55,934 nucleotides of DNA from a virus, in the IMG/VR virus record IMGVR_UViG_3300045988_068817. The stretch is one strand, 5' to 3'. The translations under genes were made by a program, and so were the position numbers. Under the pieces are notes generated by a model, which searched no databases, was not told the origin of the DNA, and saw only the letters and a list, made by a program, of their open reading frames with translations. Every line of letters starts with the position of its first letter. The stretch's first letter is position 1. Below, piece after piece: positions 32,072-40,116 of this stretch.

Positions 32072-32088
32072 AAAAGTGAGGTGTTGGT

Positions 32089-32265
32089 ATGTGTCCGCGT
32101 TTGGGTCGCCCTACTGATAGCAAAAAGACTGAACGGTTTGAAGTTCGATTGACCCCAGAGGAAATGAAAGAAGTGCAGGAATGCGCTGAAAAAATGGGGA
32201 TAACGAAAACGGAAGTTGTTAAACGTGGGATTCAGCTTGTTGCTGAAAAGGCGAGTGAAGAATAA
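32089..32265 (+). CDS. Small RHH (CopG-like) protein, 58 aa
   Basis: ERFEVRLTPEEMKEVQECAEKMGITKTEVVKRGI matches a beta-alpha-alpha RHH pattern. Below the ORF-track cutoff. Confidence 0.55.
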   Translation: MCPRLGRPTDSKKTERFEVRLTPEEMKEVQECAEKMGITKTEVVKRGIQLVAEKASEE

Positions 32266-32393
32266 AAAAATAAGGCATTGACCGCTCCCTGCAAAAGAAT
32301 AGTCAACGCCTTATTCAACACCAGAGATTGCTCTCGGATAAATCCATTATATCATCCGAAGCGACCTCTTACAAGCCGTTTTCGGGTAAAACC

Positions 32394-33308
32394 ATGAACA
32401 TTCCAGCAACGAAAGAAGAAATTCTTGAAAACTTCAAGAAAAACAGCAATGGCCGTCCGCTCAATAAGGATGATTACGAGATTGCGGAAGCGTTATCTCG
32501 AATCACTTACAAGGCGTATGAAGCCGGAATGAAAGATGCTAAACAGTTGAATATGGAGGATATGATGGATAACAGAAACGCGCTTCAAATCTTTAAGAAC
32601 GAAGAGTTTGGCTCAATCAGAACGTTTGTGAAAAACGGAGAGTACTGGTTTGTCGGCAGGGATGTATGTAATGCGTTTCAGGACAAGAACCACAATAGAA
32701 GCATTGGACGGATTGATGATTGTGATAAGCGTTCCTTGAAAATAAAAGATTCTCTTGGACGTGAGCAAACTGTAACCGTTATAAACGAATCCGGGCTATA
32801 CGCTCTTCTCTTTGCAATGCAACCGCAACGAGCAAACAAAGATGGGGTGTCAAATGCGTACCCCATCGAGGTTCAAGAAAGAATTGAGAAGCTTCGCCGT
32901 TTTAAGAGATGGGTAACGCACGATGTTCTTCCTACGCTTCGCAAGACTGGTTCTTACAGTATGAACCCGCAGGAGAACAAGCCCGACACGCAGGACGATG
33001 CAATCTTGCAAGTGCTGATGAAGAACACGGAAGTCCTGCAAGCCATCGTTCAGCAGAACCAGCAGATTATGATTGCACTTACCAACCTGTCCGTCAACGA
33101 TGCAAAGCGCACGATGGAGATTCAGCCTTACACTTCCCATCAGGGGCAGAAGGGTGACGGAAAACGCAGCAAGCGAATCACAATCCTTATGAGCGACAGC
33201 GAGCGGACGTTTGTTACGAGAGAAGCCCGCAAGCACGGATTTACGGCAGGGGAGTACATCTATAACCTGTCCGTTGCAGCATCGAAAGACCAGATTGACT
33301 TAGGATGA
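32394..33308 (+). CDS. Bro-N domain protein fused to a C-terminal RHH module (start uncertain, 32328-32394)
   Basis: LQIFKNEEFGSIRTFVKNGEYWFVGRDVCNAF ... INESGLYALLF ... FKRWVTHDVLPTLRKTGSY is Bro-N-like. The C-terminal GDGKRSKRITILMSDSERTFVTREARKHGFTAGEYIY is paralogous to the C-terminus of 31404..31976. Confidence 0.7.
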   Translation: MNIPATKEEILENFKKNSNGRPLNKDDYEIAEALSRITYKAYEAGMKDAKQLNMEDMMDNRNALQIFKNEEFGSIRTFVKNGEYWFVGRDVCNAFQDKNHNRSIGRIDDCDKRSLKIKDSLGREQTVTVINESGLYALLFAMQPQRANKDGVSNAYPIEVQERIEKLRRFKRWVTHDVLPTLRKTGSYSMNPQENKPDTQDDAILQVLMKNTEVLQAIVQQNQQIMIALTNLSVNDAKRTMEIQPYTSHQGQKGDGKRSKRITILMSDSERTFVTREARKHGFTAGEYIYNLSVAASKDQIDLG

Positions 33309-33343
33309 ATTGGCGGCTGAATTTTCAGCGTTGATAGTAAATA

Positions 33344-33381
33344 AAGAGGGGGTCTGTCCAATTTTGGACAAATCCCCTCTT
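33344..33381. terminator. Bidirectional terminator between convergent genes
   Basis: AGAGGGGGTCTGTCCA, attt, then TGGACAAATCCCCTCT. Confidence 0.75.
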
Positions 33382-33386
33382 CTGTT

Positions 33387-34025
33387 TTACTTATCAGCAA
33401 TGCAATCCCAGTAGAGATATGCCTTGCCATCTGCGGCATCTGCGTCCTCAAGGAACGCCTTTGCCATGTCAGCGTAGAAGCCCGGAGTGTCAACGGACTG
33501 ACGCTTTGCAACCTGACAATAATCCGAGTACATCATGTTCATAACAGCCCAGAAATCGTTCGGGTCACAGGTGATATTACGCTGTTTCGCAACGTCCTGT
33601 GTCTGTTCCAGCGTCCAGTGACAGCCCTTTGTGCCGTCAGCGTTCACCATGCTGTCACACCATTCCTCCGCTTCATCGTGGGTAATGTGCTGGCGCGGCA
33701 TCTTGATGGAGCGGCTGTCTGCGCCGCCACGTTCATACTGACTAGACCGCTTGTCCCAGTCTCCGTTCTGCGAGAAGCCGATTTGCGGCATTCTGCGCCC
33801 ATTCTCTACGTTAGGGTAGCGGGGGATAGGGTAGGGGTCGATGTAGCGGTTCTCCTCCTGCGGATAGTATGGATGGCGGTCGTTGCCGCCCTCCAGCTTA
33901 CGCAGACGGCGTTCCATCTCGCGTTCTCTGCGGTCACGCTCTTCCTCAAGGCGGTCACGCTCCGGCTCACGGTCTTTGTCGTGGTCACGGAGCATCATCA
34001 TGCGGCGAAAATTGTTCTTGCCCAT
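33387..34025 (-). CDS. Hypothetical protein, 212 aa: highly charged R/E/D N-terminus, Pro/Tyr-rich linker, conserved-looking C-terminal domain
   Basis: ORF track entry. Contains RDHDKDREPERDRLEEERDRREREMERR, HPYYPQEENRYIDPYPIPRYP and WAVMNMMYSDYCQVAK. Confidence 0.7.
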   Translation of the reverse strand: MGKNNFRRMMMLRDHDKDREPERDRLEEERDRREREMERRLRKLEGGNDRHPYYPQEENRYIDPYPIPRYPNVENGRRMPQIGFSQNGDWDKRSSQYERGGADSRSIKMPRQHITHDEAEEWCDSMVNADGTKGCHWTLEQTQDVAKQRNITCDPNDFWAVMNMMYSDYCQVAKRQSVDTPGFYADMAKAFLEDADAADGKAYLYWDCIADK

Positions 34026-34038
34026 AATCTACACCTCC

Positions 34039-34410
34039 TCAAGAAATAGACGCGGGCGCGCCAGCGTGGGAACGGCAAAAGCAGCCAAGATACTTGAACG
34101 TGCCGGTGCCGGTTGCAGACGTTGCCACACGGGTAGCGTAGCGGGTGCGGGTGTGGATGCTCTCGGCGGTCGCCTGAGCGCAGTTGCAGTCGGTCAGAGG
34201 GTATGTGGTCGTGCCTGCGCCAATGGTAATAACCACAGGGGCATTGATGGTGGTCGTGTCCGGCAAGCTCTGAGCAACCACGATACAATACTTCTCTCCG
34301 TTCTGGTATGCGCCAGCAGGGATGTTGATGGTCAGAGTATCGTCGGCAAACGTGACCGCCTGACTGATGACCAAGTGCGGGCAGAGTTTGCAGCTTGTTT
34401 TGCAAGCCAT
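34039..34410 (-). CDS. Cys-rich small protein, 123 aa
   Basis: Contains MACKTSCKLCPH, TDCNC and LGCFC. AGGAGGAAAC RBS. Confidence 0.7.
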   Translation of the reverse strand: MACKTSCKLCPHLVISQAVTFADDTLTINIPAGAYQNGEKYCIVVAQSLPDTTTINAPVVITIGAGTTTYPLTDCNCAQATAESIHTRTRYATRVATSATGTGTFKYLGCFCRSHAGAPASIS

Positions 34411-34495
34411 AGTAGTTTCCTCCTAAAAAATCAGGGGCAGAGGTGTATTACCCCTGCCCCGATGGTTCACCCGGTGTTATCGGGGAGTGTGTTGG

Positions 34496-35365
34496 TTAGC
34501 AGCCGCAGCAGTTCACGCCCACGTTGGGGTTTGCCACCTGATAAGCGGGAATCGGACGAGGATTGACCCGGTTCAGGATGGTATCGGTCTGCTGAGACAT
34601 CACAGTGGTCAGAAGCGCATTCTGACGATCCTGAGAAGCGGCGAACTTGAGGCTCTGGTTCTCGGCGGTCAGAGTGGCAATCTTATCCTGCGTGAAGTAG
34701 TCCATCATGCTGCGGAAGTTGGCGTTGCAGTTGTCCACGATGGCGCGAGCGTTGTCTGCGATGGCCTGACGGGTAGCGCAATCCTCCGTTGCGATGGTGT
34801 ACTTCAGGTCGCCGATCAGCTGCTTGTTTTCGCAGCAGCAAGATGCCAGCTGCGTGGCAAGTGCGGTCTGGCCAGCCTGCCGTGCGTTGCCCTCCTGCAT
34901 GATGGCAAGGCTGATAGCGTTGTCGCCGTTGGACACGCTGCGTTCCAGACCGTTCACCAGCTGCGCGTTCTGATAGCCAAGCTGACAGATGGCGCTGTTC
35001 ACGCCTGCAAAGCCGTTTGCGATGTTGGCGTTGATACCGTTGATCTGCGCCAGCTGGTCATAGCCCAGAGAGCAGATACCGCTCTGGATGCCCGCCAGAG
35101 AGCGGGAGGTATCCTGCTGGTAGAAGCCCTCAGACAGAGCCGCACGAGTGTCTGCGCCGCCCTGACCGGTTGCACCGGTGCCTACAAGATACGGGATGTA
35201 GTTCGCCATACCGTTGTCGCTGCCGTTGCGCCCGTTGCCGTAGTTGCCCCAGCCGAAGATGATGGCGAGGATAATAACCGCCCACAGACCTTCGTTGCCG
35301 AAGAATCCGCCGTTGTTATTGCCGCCGTCCTGCCCAGCCAGATAACCAGTTGCAAAATCGTCCAT
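34496..35365 (-). CDS. Gly/Asn-rich N-terminal TM protein with a Q/N-rich helical repeat region and a C-terminal CCGC, 289 aa
   Basis: GAAAGGAG RBS. Contains GGNNNGGFFGNEGLWAVIILAIIFGWGNYGNG, SCCCENK and VNCCGC. Confidence 0.7.
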   Translation of the reverse strand: MDDFATGYLAGQDGGNNNGGFFGNEGLWAVIILAIIFGWGNYGNGRNGSDNGMANYIPYLVGTGATGQGGADTRAALSEGFYQQDTSRSLAGIQSGICSLGYDQLAQINGINANIANGFAGVNSAICQLGYQNAQLVNGLERSVSNGDNAISLAIMQEGNARQAGQTALATQLASCCCENKQLIGDLKYTIATEDCATRQAIADNARAIVDNCNANFRSMMDYFTQDKIATLTAENQSLKFAASQDRQNALLTTVMSQQTDTILNRVNPRPIPAYQVANPNVGVNCCGC

Positions 35366-35486
35366 AACAAAACTCCTTTCAGTTTTGCGTATGCTATCCC
35401 ACCGCCGTATGCGATGGGCGAAGCCAAACAAAAGCGGTTTTTGTCAAGTCCGCAAAACTGAGAAGCGTTTCGCTTAGAGGGATGCG

Positions 35487-35738
35487 TTATTGGGGCAGCG
35501 TCAGGTTCAAAGAACCCGCCAATTGGTTAAGGTCGATGTGATATTCTTTTGAAAGGTTTTCCGCTATTGTGCGAAGCTGCTTTTCATTTTTCCCTTGTAT
35601 TAGGGTTAGACCGCGCATAAATGGTGCGCTCTGCCCACCCAGCTGCTGGATAAGCCCCATCGGGTTTTGCCCGGCACGAGCCAGATTTGCAAGCTGCATG
35701 ATAGGGCTGTGAGTAATCATGTCAAATGGAGAGGGCAT
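35487..35738 (-). CDS. Hypothetical protein, 83 aa
   Basis: ORF track entry. Starts 4 nt after the upstream stop. Confidence 0.6.
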   Translation of the reverse strand: MPSPFDMITHSPIMQLANLARAGQNPMGLIQQLGGQSAPFMRGLTLIQGKNEKQLRTIAENLSKEYHIDLNQLAGSLNLTLPQ

Positions 35739-35741
35739 CGC

Positions 35742-36260
35742 TTATTCTCCTTTCTTTGCGGTGGCAGCGGGCTTAGAGAAGCTCTTCTGCCACTTTTCCA
35801 GTTCATCCAGCCGATGCACGAGGACATTGTACTGTTCAATAGGCACATATTGCTGTGTCGGTGCAGCGGTCTGCTGTACCTGTTGTGCTTGCATCTGCCG
35901 CCATGCTTCCGGGCAGTAAAACTCTAACACGTCAGATTCACAAGTGTTTGGATTCAGACGTTTGCAGTAGATGACCCCACTACGCAAATCCGGGCAATAC
36001 GTCCATCTTCCGTACATATCAGATGGAATTGCCAAAAATTCTTCCCTGCTGGAAACAGGTCTGCCAAGCAGCCAACCGCCGTCCTGTGCCGACTGATGAA
36101 CAGGCTGCTGCCCATTCATCGGCTGCGGAAGCTGCGGCTGTCCCTGCTGCATCTGCGTGTTTGGCAGGGAAGTGGTAAGGCCAACCGTGCCCATGCCACC
36201 GTAAGGATTGACAGGCTGCTGCGAAACGCATGGCGCTCCGGGTGTCTGGTAATAACTCAT
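35742..36260 (-). CDS. Q/P/G-rich low-complexity protein with a Cys-containing C-terminal domain, 172 aa
   Basis: AGGAGGGA RBS. Contains QQPVNPYGGMG, QMQQGQPQLPQPMNGQQP and YCPDLRSGVIYCKRLNPNTCESDVLEFYCPE. Confidence 0.65.
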   Translation of the reverse strand: MSYYQTPGAPCVSQQPVNPYGGMGTVGLTTSLPNTQMQQGQPQLPQPMNGQQPVHQSAQDGGWLLGRPVSSREEFLAIPSDMYGRWTYCPDLRSGVIYCKRLNPNTCESDVLEFYCPEAWRQMQAQQVQQTAAPTQQYVPIEQYNVLVHRLDELEKWQKSFSKPAATAKKGE

Positions 36261-36469
36261 AAAACATCCCTCCTATTGCATCCAGTGTACCGCATCAGCA
36301 AAAAGCGAAGGACAACGAAGATACAACGAAGGATAAAAAAAGAAAAGCGCCCACACGGAAAAATCCGCATGAGCGCTTAACTGTTAAGGGCTTCACATTG
36401 GAAGCAAAAATAAAATATCACGTTTTGACTTGCAAGACAAGAGTTTCGACAAAACTAGTGCGAATAAGA

Positions 36470-36666
36470 CAAAAAATCAAGAGCGGAACTGCCCACAGGC
36501 AATGCCGCTCTCTACAAAGGCTACAGCCTTTCAAATCTAAAGACGGCTCCCGCATGGTACGCACTGTGAGTAGGCGGGCGGGAGACTGGACAGCTGAGCC
36601 AAAACACGATGGCTGATATACAGCAACCGAATACAGCGAAGTGACCGATAAACGGCAACCTCCTGC
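36470..36666 (-). ncRNA. Candidate ~200-nt small RNA or attenuating leader (promoter to intrinsic terminator, no RBS-preceded ORF)
   Basis: Extended -10 TGGTATAAT (-10 at 36673-36678). Internal hairpins CTCCCGC/GCGGGAG and AAAGGCT/AGCCTTT. Terminator AGAGCGG...CCGCTCT followed by TGATTTTTT at 36470-36512. Confidence 0.4.
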
Positions 36667-36691
36667 ATGATTATTATACCACAAATCGTGC

Positions 36692-36728
36692 AAAAAGAAA
36701 AGCGGCAGACCCGAAAGCCTGCCGCTTC
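36692..36728 (-). terminator. Rho-independent terminator after the sigma-like gene
   Basis: AAGCGGCAG, gctttcgggt, CTGCCGCTT, then TTCTTTTT (read on the minus strand). Confidence 0.8.
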
Positions 36729-36770
36729 AATGCGTTTCGTAAGAAATCGCACCCAATTAAGATTATGTTA

Positions 36771-37130
36771 TCACACATCCAGCATTTTTTCAATGCCTTT
36801 CAGCCGGTAGCCTACCGCCGTCCGGCTATAATGTGTCTGCGCTGCAATGTCCGGCAGCGGGAGCCGCTCAACGTACCGCAAAAGAGCTATCTTTCGGTCT
36901 ACCCTCCCAAGCGGTGCGCTTTTGATGGCGGCGATCATCCTCTGTCGGTCAAGCCCTTGCAGCGCAGCGGGCAGCACTACACGAGCCGCCGCCACAGGCA
37001 GCACCGAGCCAGAAAGGCTGCGGTAGCTGTCCGGCGTTGCGCACCATTACGGGGACGTTACCGAGATGGTCTATTTTGCCACATCTCTTGATTTCGCAAA
37101 ATCGTTTCTGGTCGTATGTAGTGCTTGCCA
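36771..37130 (-). pseudogene. Sigma-70 region-4 / ArpU-like transcription regulator split over two frames
   Basis: Frame A (ATG 37130) stops at 36949. Frame B (36771..37055) carries LLRYVERLPLPDIAAQTHYSRTAVGYRLKGIEKML. The two frames overlap and would need a 1-nt shift to join. Confidence 0.45.
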
Positions 37131-37141
37131 TGATATACTCC

Positions 37142-37483
37142 TTACTGCTTTTGCAGGGCTGCTCTTGCGCGGTCAAAGAAAAACTGAACGGCCTTGCTCA
37201 TGGTCTCTTCGGTGATAGCCCACGAGACCAGCTTGCCCCACCGGCTGTTGTCCAGATAGTGGCGCAGCATCTTGACGCACCACGCCTTGCGCTCTGCGCC
37301 GCGCTTGGTGCCCTGAATCTCTTTTTCAGCCTGATCGATCAGGTTGAGCACCAGCGTCTTGACCGCTGCGCCGTAGCCCAGACGGATAAGCCCCAGCACA
37401 AGCGAAACAGCGCCCACAACGATGAGCACCAGCGCCAGCCACGCGGGCAGGGGGGTGAGAATGGTATTAAGGATTGCTTCCAT
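37142..37483 (-). CDS. Holin-like membrane protein (LL-H-type layout), 113 aa
   Basis: N-terminal TM PLPAWLALVLIVVGAVSLVLGLI. Adjacent to the endolysin. Confidence 0.55.
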   Translation of the reverse strand: MEAILNTILTPLPAWLALVLIVVGAVSLVLGLIRLGYGAAVKTLVLNLIDQAEKEIQGTKRGAERKAWCVKMLRHYLDNSRWGKLVSWAITEETMSKAVQFFFDRARAALQKQ

Positions 37484-37856
37484 GATTGGTTACTCCTTTC
37501 AGCAGGTAATTGTTAATGTCGGTCTTGCTTTTTTGCATACCTTCCCGGTTGTTGCCGGATAGTTGCGCATCCAAAAGGTTCTGCACGCCAACGAGGACAA
37601 GGCGCATTTCTTCGTCAATGCCGTCAAATCGCCGGAGGTCTCTTGCAAGGGCCTGCGCGTGTTGGAGCTGGCCCTGTTCCAAGGTGCCGACGCGCTTGTC
37701 CAGCTCATCCAGCCGCTTGTTCTGCGCGTTGTCCGGCTCCTGTGCCTTCTTGATGTACTTATGGATGATTTCCAGCACCTTGTCGATCGTGATTGCAGCG
37801 GCGCACAGGCTGCCAAGGATGCCCAGCACCCACAGCAAAGCTTCTTTTTCGGTCAT
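37467..37856 (-). CDS. Holin-like or lysis-associated membrane protein with a coiled coil, 129 aa
   Basis: N-terminal TM LLWVLGILGSLCAAAITI. Immediately downstream of the endolysin. Confidence 0.5.
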   Translation of the reverse strand: MTEKEALLWVLGILGSLCAAAITIDKVLEIIHKYIKKAQEPDNAQNKRLDELDKRVGTLEQGQLQHAQALARDLRRFDGIDEEMRLVLVGVQNLLDAQLSGNNREGMQKSKTDINNYLLKGVTNHGSNP

Positions 37857-38530
37857 TTGCCCTCCCGAAGACGGGTCAGACCCTTCTTTGCGATGATTTT
37901 AGTGTAGTCCTTGTAGGGCACAGACAAGTCCACGCCGGAAATCTTGCCCGGTATCGCGTCCACAACACCGGGAATCTTGCCCTTGCTGGTGTACTGCCAC
38001 AAGCCAAACTGCCAGCCCGGTTCAGGCTTCTTGCTGCGGTAGGCGGCAAGCCAAACGTCGTAAGGCTTGAGTGCCGCCCCGCCCATGTACAGGTTATCAC
38101 GACCAAAGTAAAGCCCGGTGTATAACATGACGTAAAAGCCCCAGCGCTCCACCGTGCCCAGCGCGTGGGCTGCAATGTCGGTCAGGGTCTGCTTGTCGAG
38201 CGGTGCTTGCACATAGCTGTCCTCAATGTCCACCGCCACCGGCAACTGCACCGTCTTGCCGGTCAGCACCTTGTGCAGCAGGGCAAGCTCTGCGTCAGCT
38301 TCCGCTGTGTTGACCGCCTTGCAGTAGTAGTACACGCCGCAGGGGATGCCCAGCCGCTTGCACTCGCGGTAGTTGCGCTCAAAGGTGGGGTCGATGTACG
38401 GCTTGCTGGGCTTGTCTTTCGCGCTGTTGCCCAGCGCCCGCAGCATCACACCGGAGATAAGGCCGCTTGCCTTGACCTTGTCCCAGTCGATGTTCCCCCG
38501 CCAGCGGGAAACGTCCATGATAGGTCTCAT
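37853..38530 (-). CDS. Endolysin, glycoside hydrolase family 25 muramidase
   Basis: MDVSRWRGNIDWDKVKASGLISGVMLRA ... GVYYY ... LWQYTSKGKIPGV is a GH25 signature. Confidence 0.85.
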   Translation of the reverse strand: MRPIMDVSRWRGNIDWDKVKASGLISGVMLRALGNSAKDKPSKPYIDPTFERNYRECKRLGIPCGVYYYCKAVNTAEADAELALLHKVLTGKTVQLPVAVDIEDSYVQAPLDKQTLTDIAAHALGTVERWGFYVMLYTGLYFGRDNLYMGGAALKPYDVWLAAYRSKKPEPGWQFGLWQYTSKGKIPGVVDAIPGKISGVDLSVPYKDYTKIIAKKGLTRLREGK

Positions 38531-38540
38531 GCTCTGCTCC

Positions 38541-38684
38541 TTAATACTTTTCGCCGGTGATTTCTTCGTACTCCGCTACGGTCAGTCGGTCGCGGGATAC
38601 CAGCATTTGCAGCATGGCTTTGCTCCACATTCCGTTGTCGTAGTTTTTCTTTGCTAAAAAATAGCCGTTGCTGTGCTCAGTCAT
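38541..38684 (-). CDS. XkdX-family small protein, 47 aa
   Basis: MWSKAMLQMLVSRDRLTVAEYEEITGEKY matches the XkdX C-terminal ITxxEYxxITGE pattern. Confidence 0.6.
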   Translation of the reverse strand: MTEHSNGYFLAKKNYDNGMWSKAMLQMLVSRDRLTVAEYEEITGEKY

Positions 38685-38838
38685 GGTATGCGCCCTCCTG
38701 TTCTACGGTATCCTCTACCGGAACGCCCTCCAAAAGGCAAAGGAATTCTACCTTTGCAACGGCGTTGGCAAGGTCTGCCGCGCGGTTTTCTTCTTCCTGC
38801 CGGGTCTTGATGCTTCCGGTGTTGTGAATAATCTCCAT
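38677..38838 (-). CDS. Hypothetical protein, 53 aa
   Basis: AAGGAGGA RBS. ATGACTGA overlap with the XkdX-like gene. Confidence 0.5.
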   Translation of the reverse strand: MEIIHNTGSIKTRQEEENRAADLANAVAKVEFLCLLEGVPVEDTVEQEGAYHD

Positions 38839-38848
38839 TGTATCCTCC

Positions 38849-40102
38849 TTAGCCTAAAGCAGTCATCTTGCAAGCCGGGGCGCAGCGATACGCGCCGATC
38901 GCGCCCCAGTTGGTGACGCTGCCGCTGGAGTACACGCCGAAGGTATCGTAGCCGTTGCCACGATACGCAGAGCGCAGCCGCACATCGCGGCCCACAGTGC
39001 GCTGTGCCAGATCGCGGGTGATGCGCAGCGGATAGGTCTTCCACAGAGCCTGCGGGGTCTTTGCGCCGGTGCGCTCCTTCCAATACGGCCAGTAGGTGCC
39101 CTCACCGGACACCTGCGGCGAGCAGTAGATCTCCTGCAGGGAGGGCAGGAAAATCTTGTCATAGGTCACCACAGCGCTGCCGTCATCGGTGACGGTGTTG
39201 CTGTAGGTCACGACCTTCACGCGGGTCAGGGCAGCCTTGAAGTCATCGGAGAAGCCCGCAAGGAAGCCGGGCACGGTGTCTGCCTGATCGGGCTTCATAT
39301 CCCATTCATCCTGCGGAGTCCACCACCCACCGGCAGCTGCATCGCTGTTGAGGTACTGGCGGTATGCAGACTTATGCCACCGGTTGTCACCGTAGCCAAC
39401 GGGATGCAAGCCATTCAGGTTGCCGTTGGGCTTTGCCAAAAATGTGCCAAGATTCGTGCCAGCGCTGCCAGCAGAGACGTTGCAGGTCTCCAGCAGCTCA
39501 GACTTCTGCTGATCCTTGTAGACGTACACCTTCCAGTTGGCGGGTGCAACGTCCGGTGCATTATAGAAGCCGGTCAGGCGTGCGCCTGCGGGTGCGTTCT
39601 TGGTCAGGGTAAACTGGTAGCTTGTGCCGGTCTTGACGTTGGTGCCCCAGTCAAGACCCATCTTGACGTTGTAAGTACCAGCCACCAGACCGGCCTCGGG
39701 CACAACGAAAAACGCCTGATACGCGGAAAACCGGATATCTTCCAGAGATGTGTAGTGCATCTGCAGCACCATTGCGGGTGCGGTGGTGCCGGTCTCACCC
39801 TCGGCGATATCGTCCGTCTTTACCACGTCCCACGGGCAGTCGTAGGCTTTGCCGTCCTTTGCGGTGTAGGTGTTCACCAGCTGGGTGCCGACCGGAAAAA
39901 CCGCCGGTGCGTTACCGGCAGCCACCACGGCCTTGATGCCGTTATAGTCCATCTCCTCCACCACGCCGGTCTGTGCCCGCGCGATCACGCCCAGCGAGCT
40001 GGACATACCCAGCAGGGCGGCGGTCATCTGGTCAAGCTTTCTGCCGTTGTCTTTTGCGGTCTGATCCAGATAGACCGGATCAGTTACCATAGTTTCAGCC
40101 AT
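38849..40102 (-). CDS. Putative receptor-binding / tail fibre-tip protein, 417 aa
   Basis: Located after the tail fibre genes. The C-terminal VRLRSAY..GVYSSGSV..GAYRCAPAC resembles DUF6273-type tails. Confidence 0.5.
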   Translation of the reverse strand: MAETMVTDPVYLDQTAKDNGRKLDQMTAALLGMSSSLGVIARAQTGVVEEMDYNGIKAVVAAGNAPAVFPVGTQLVNTYTAKDGKAYDCPWDVVKTDDIAEGETGTTAPAMVLQMHYTSLEDIRFSAYQAFFVVPEAGLVAGTYNVKMGLDWGTNVKTGTSYQFTLTKNAPAGARLTGFYNAPDVAPANWKVYVYKDQQKSELLETCNVSAGSAGTNLGTFLAKPNGNLNGLHPVGYGDNRWHKSAYRQYLNSDAAAGGWWTPQDEWDMKPDQADTVPGFLAGFSDDFKAALTRVKVVTYSNTVTDDGSAVVTYDKIFLPSLQEIYCSPQVSGEGTYWPYWKERTGAKTPQALWKTYPLRITRDLAQRTVGRDVRLRSAYRGNGYDTFGVYSSGSVTNWGAIGAYRCAPACKMTALG

Positions 40103-40116
40103 GTGTTTTGCTCCTT

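Noticed and set aside
36540-36600. GTGCGTACCATGCGGGAG in the leader superficially resembles a T-box core (GGUGGUACCGCG).
   Set aside because: Only GTACC and GCG match. There is no specifier-loop architecture, and the downstream genes are unrelated to amino-acid metabolism.
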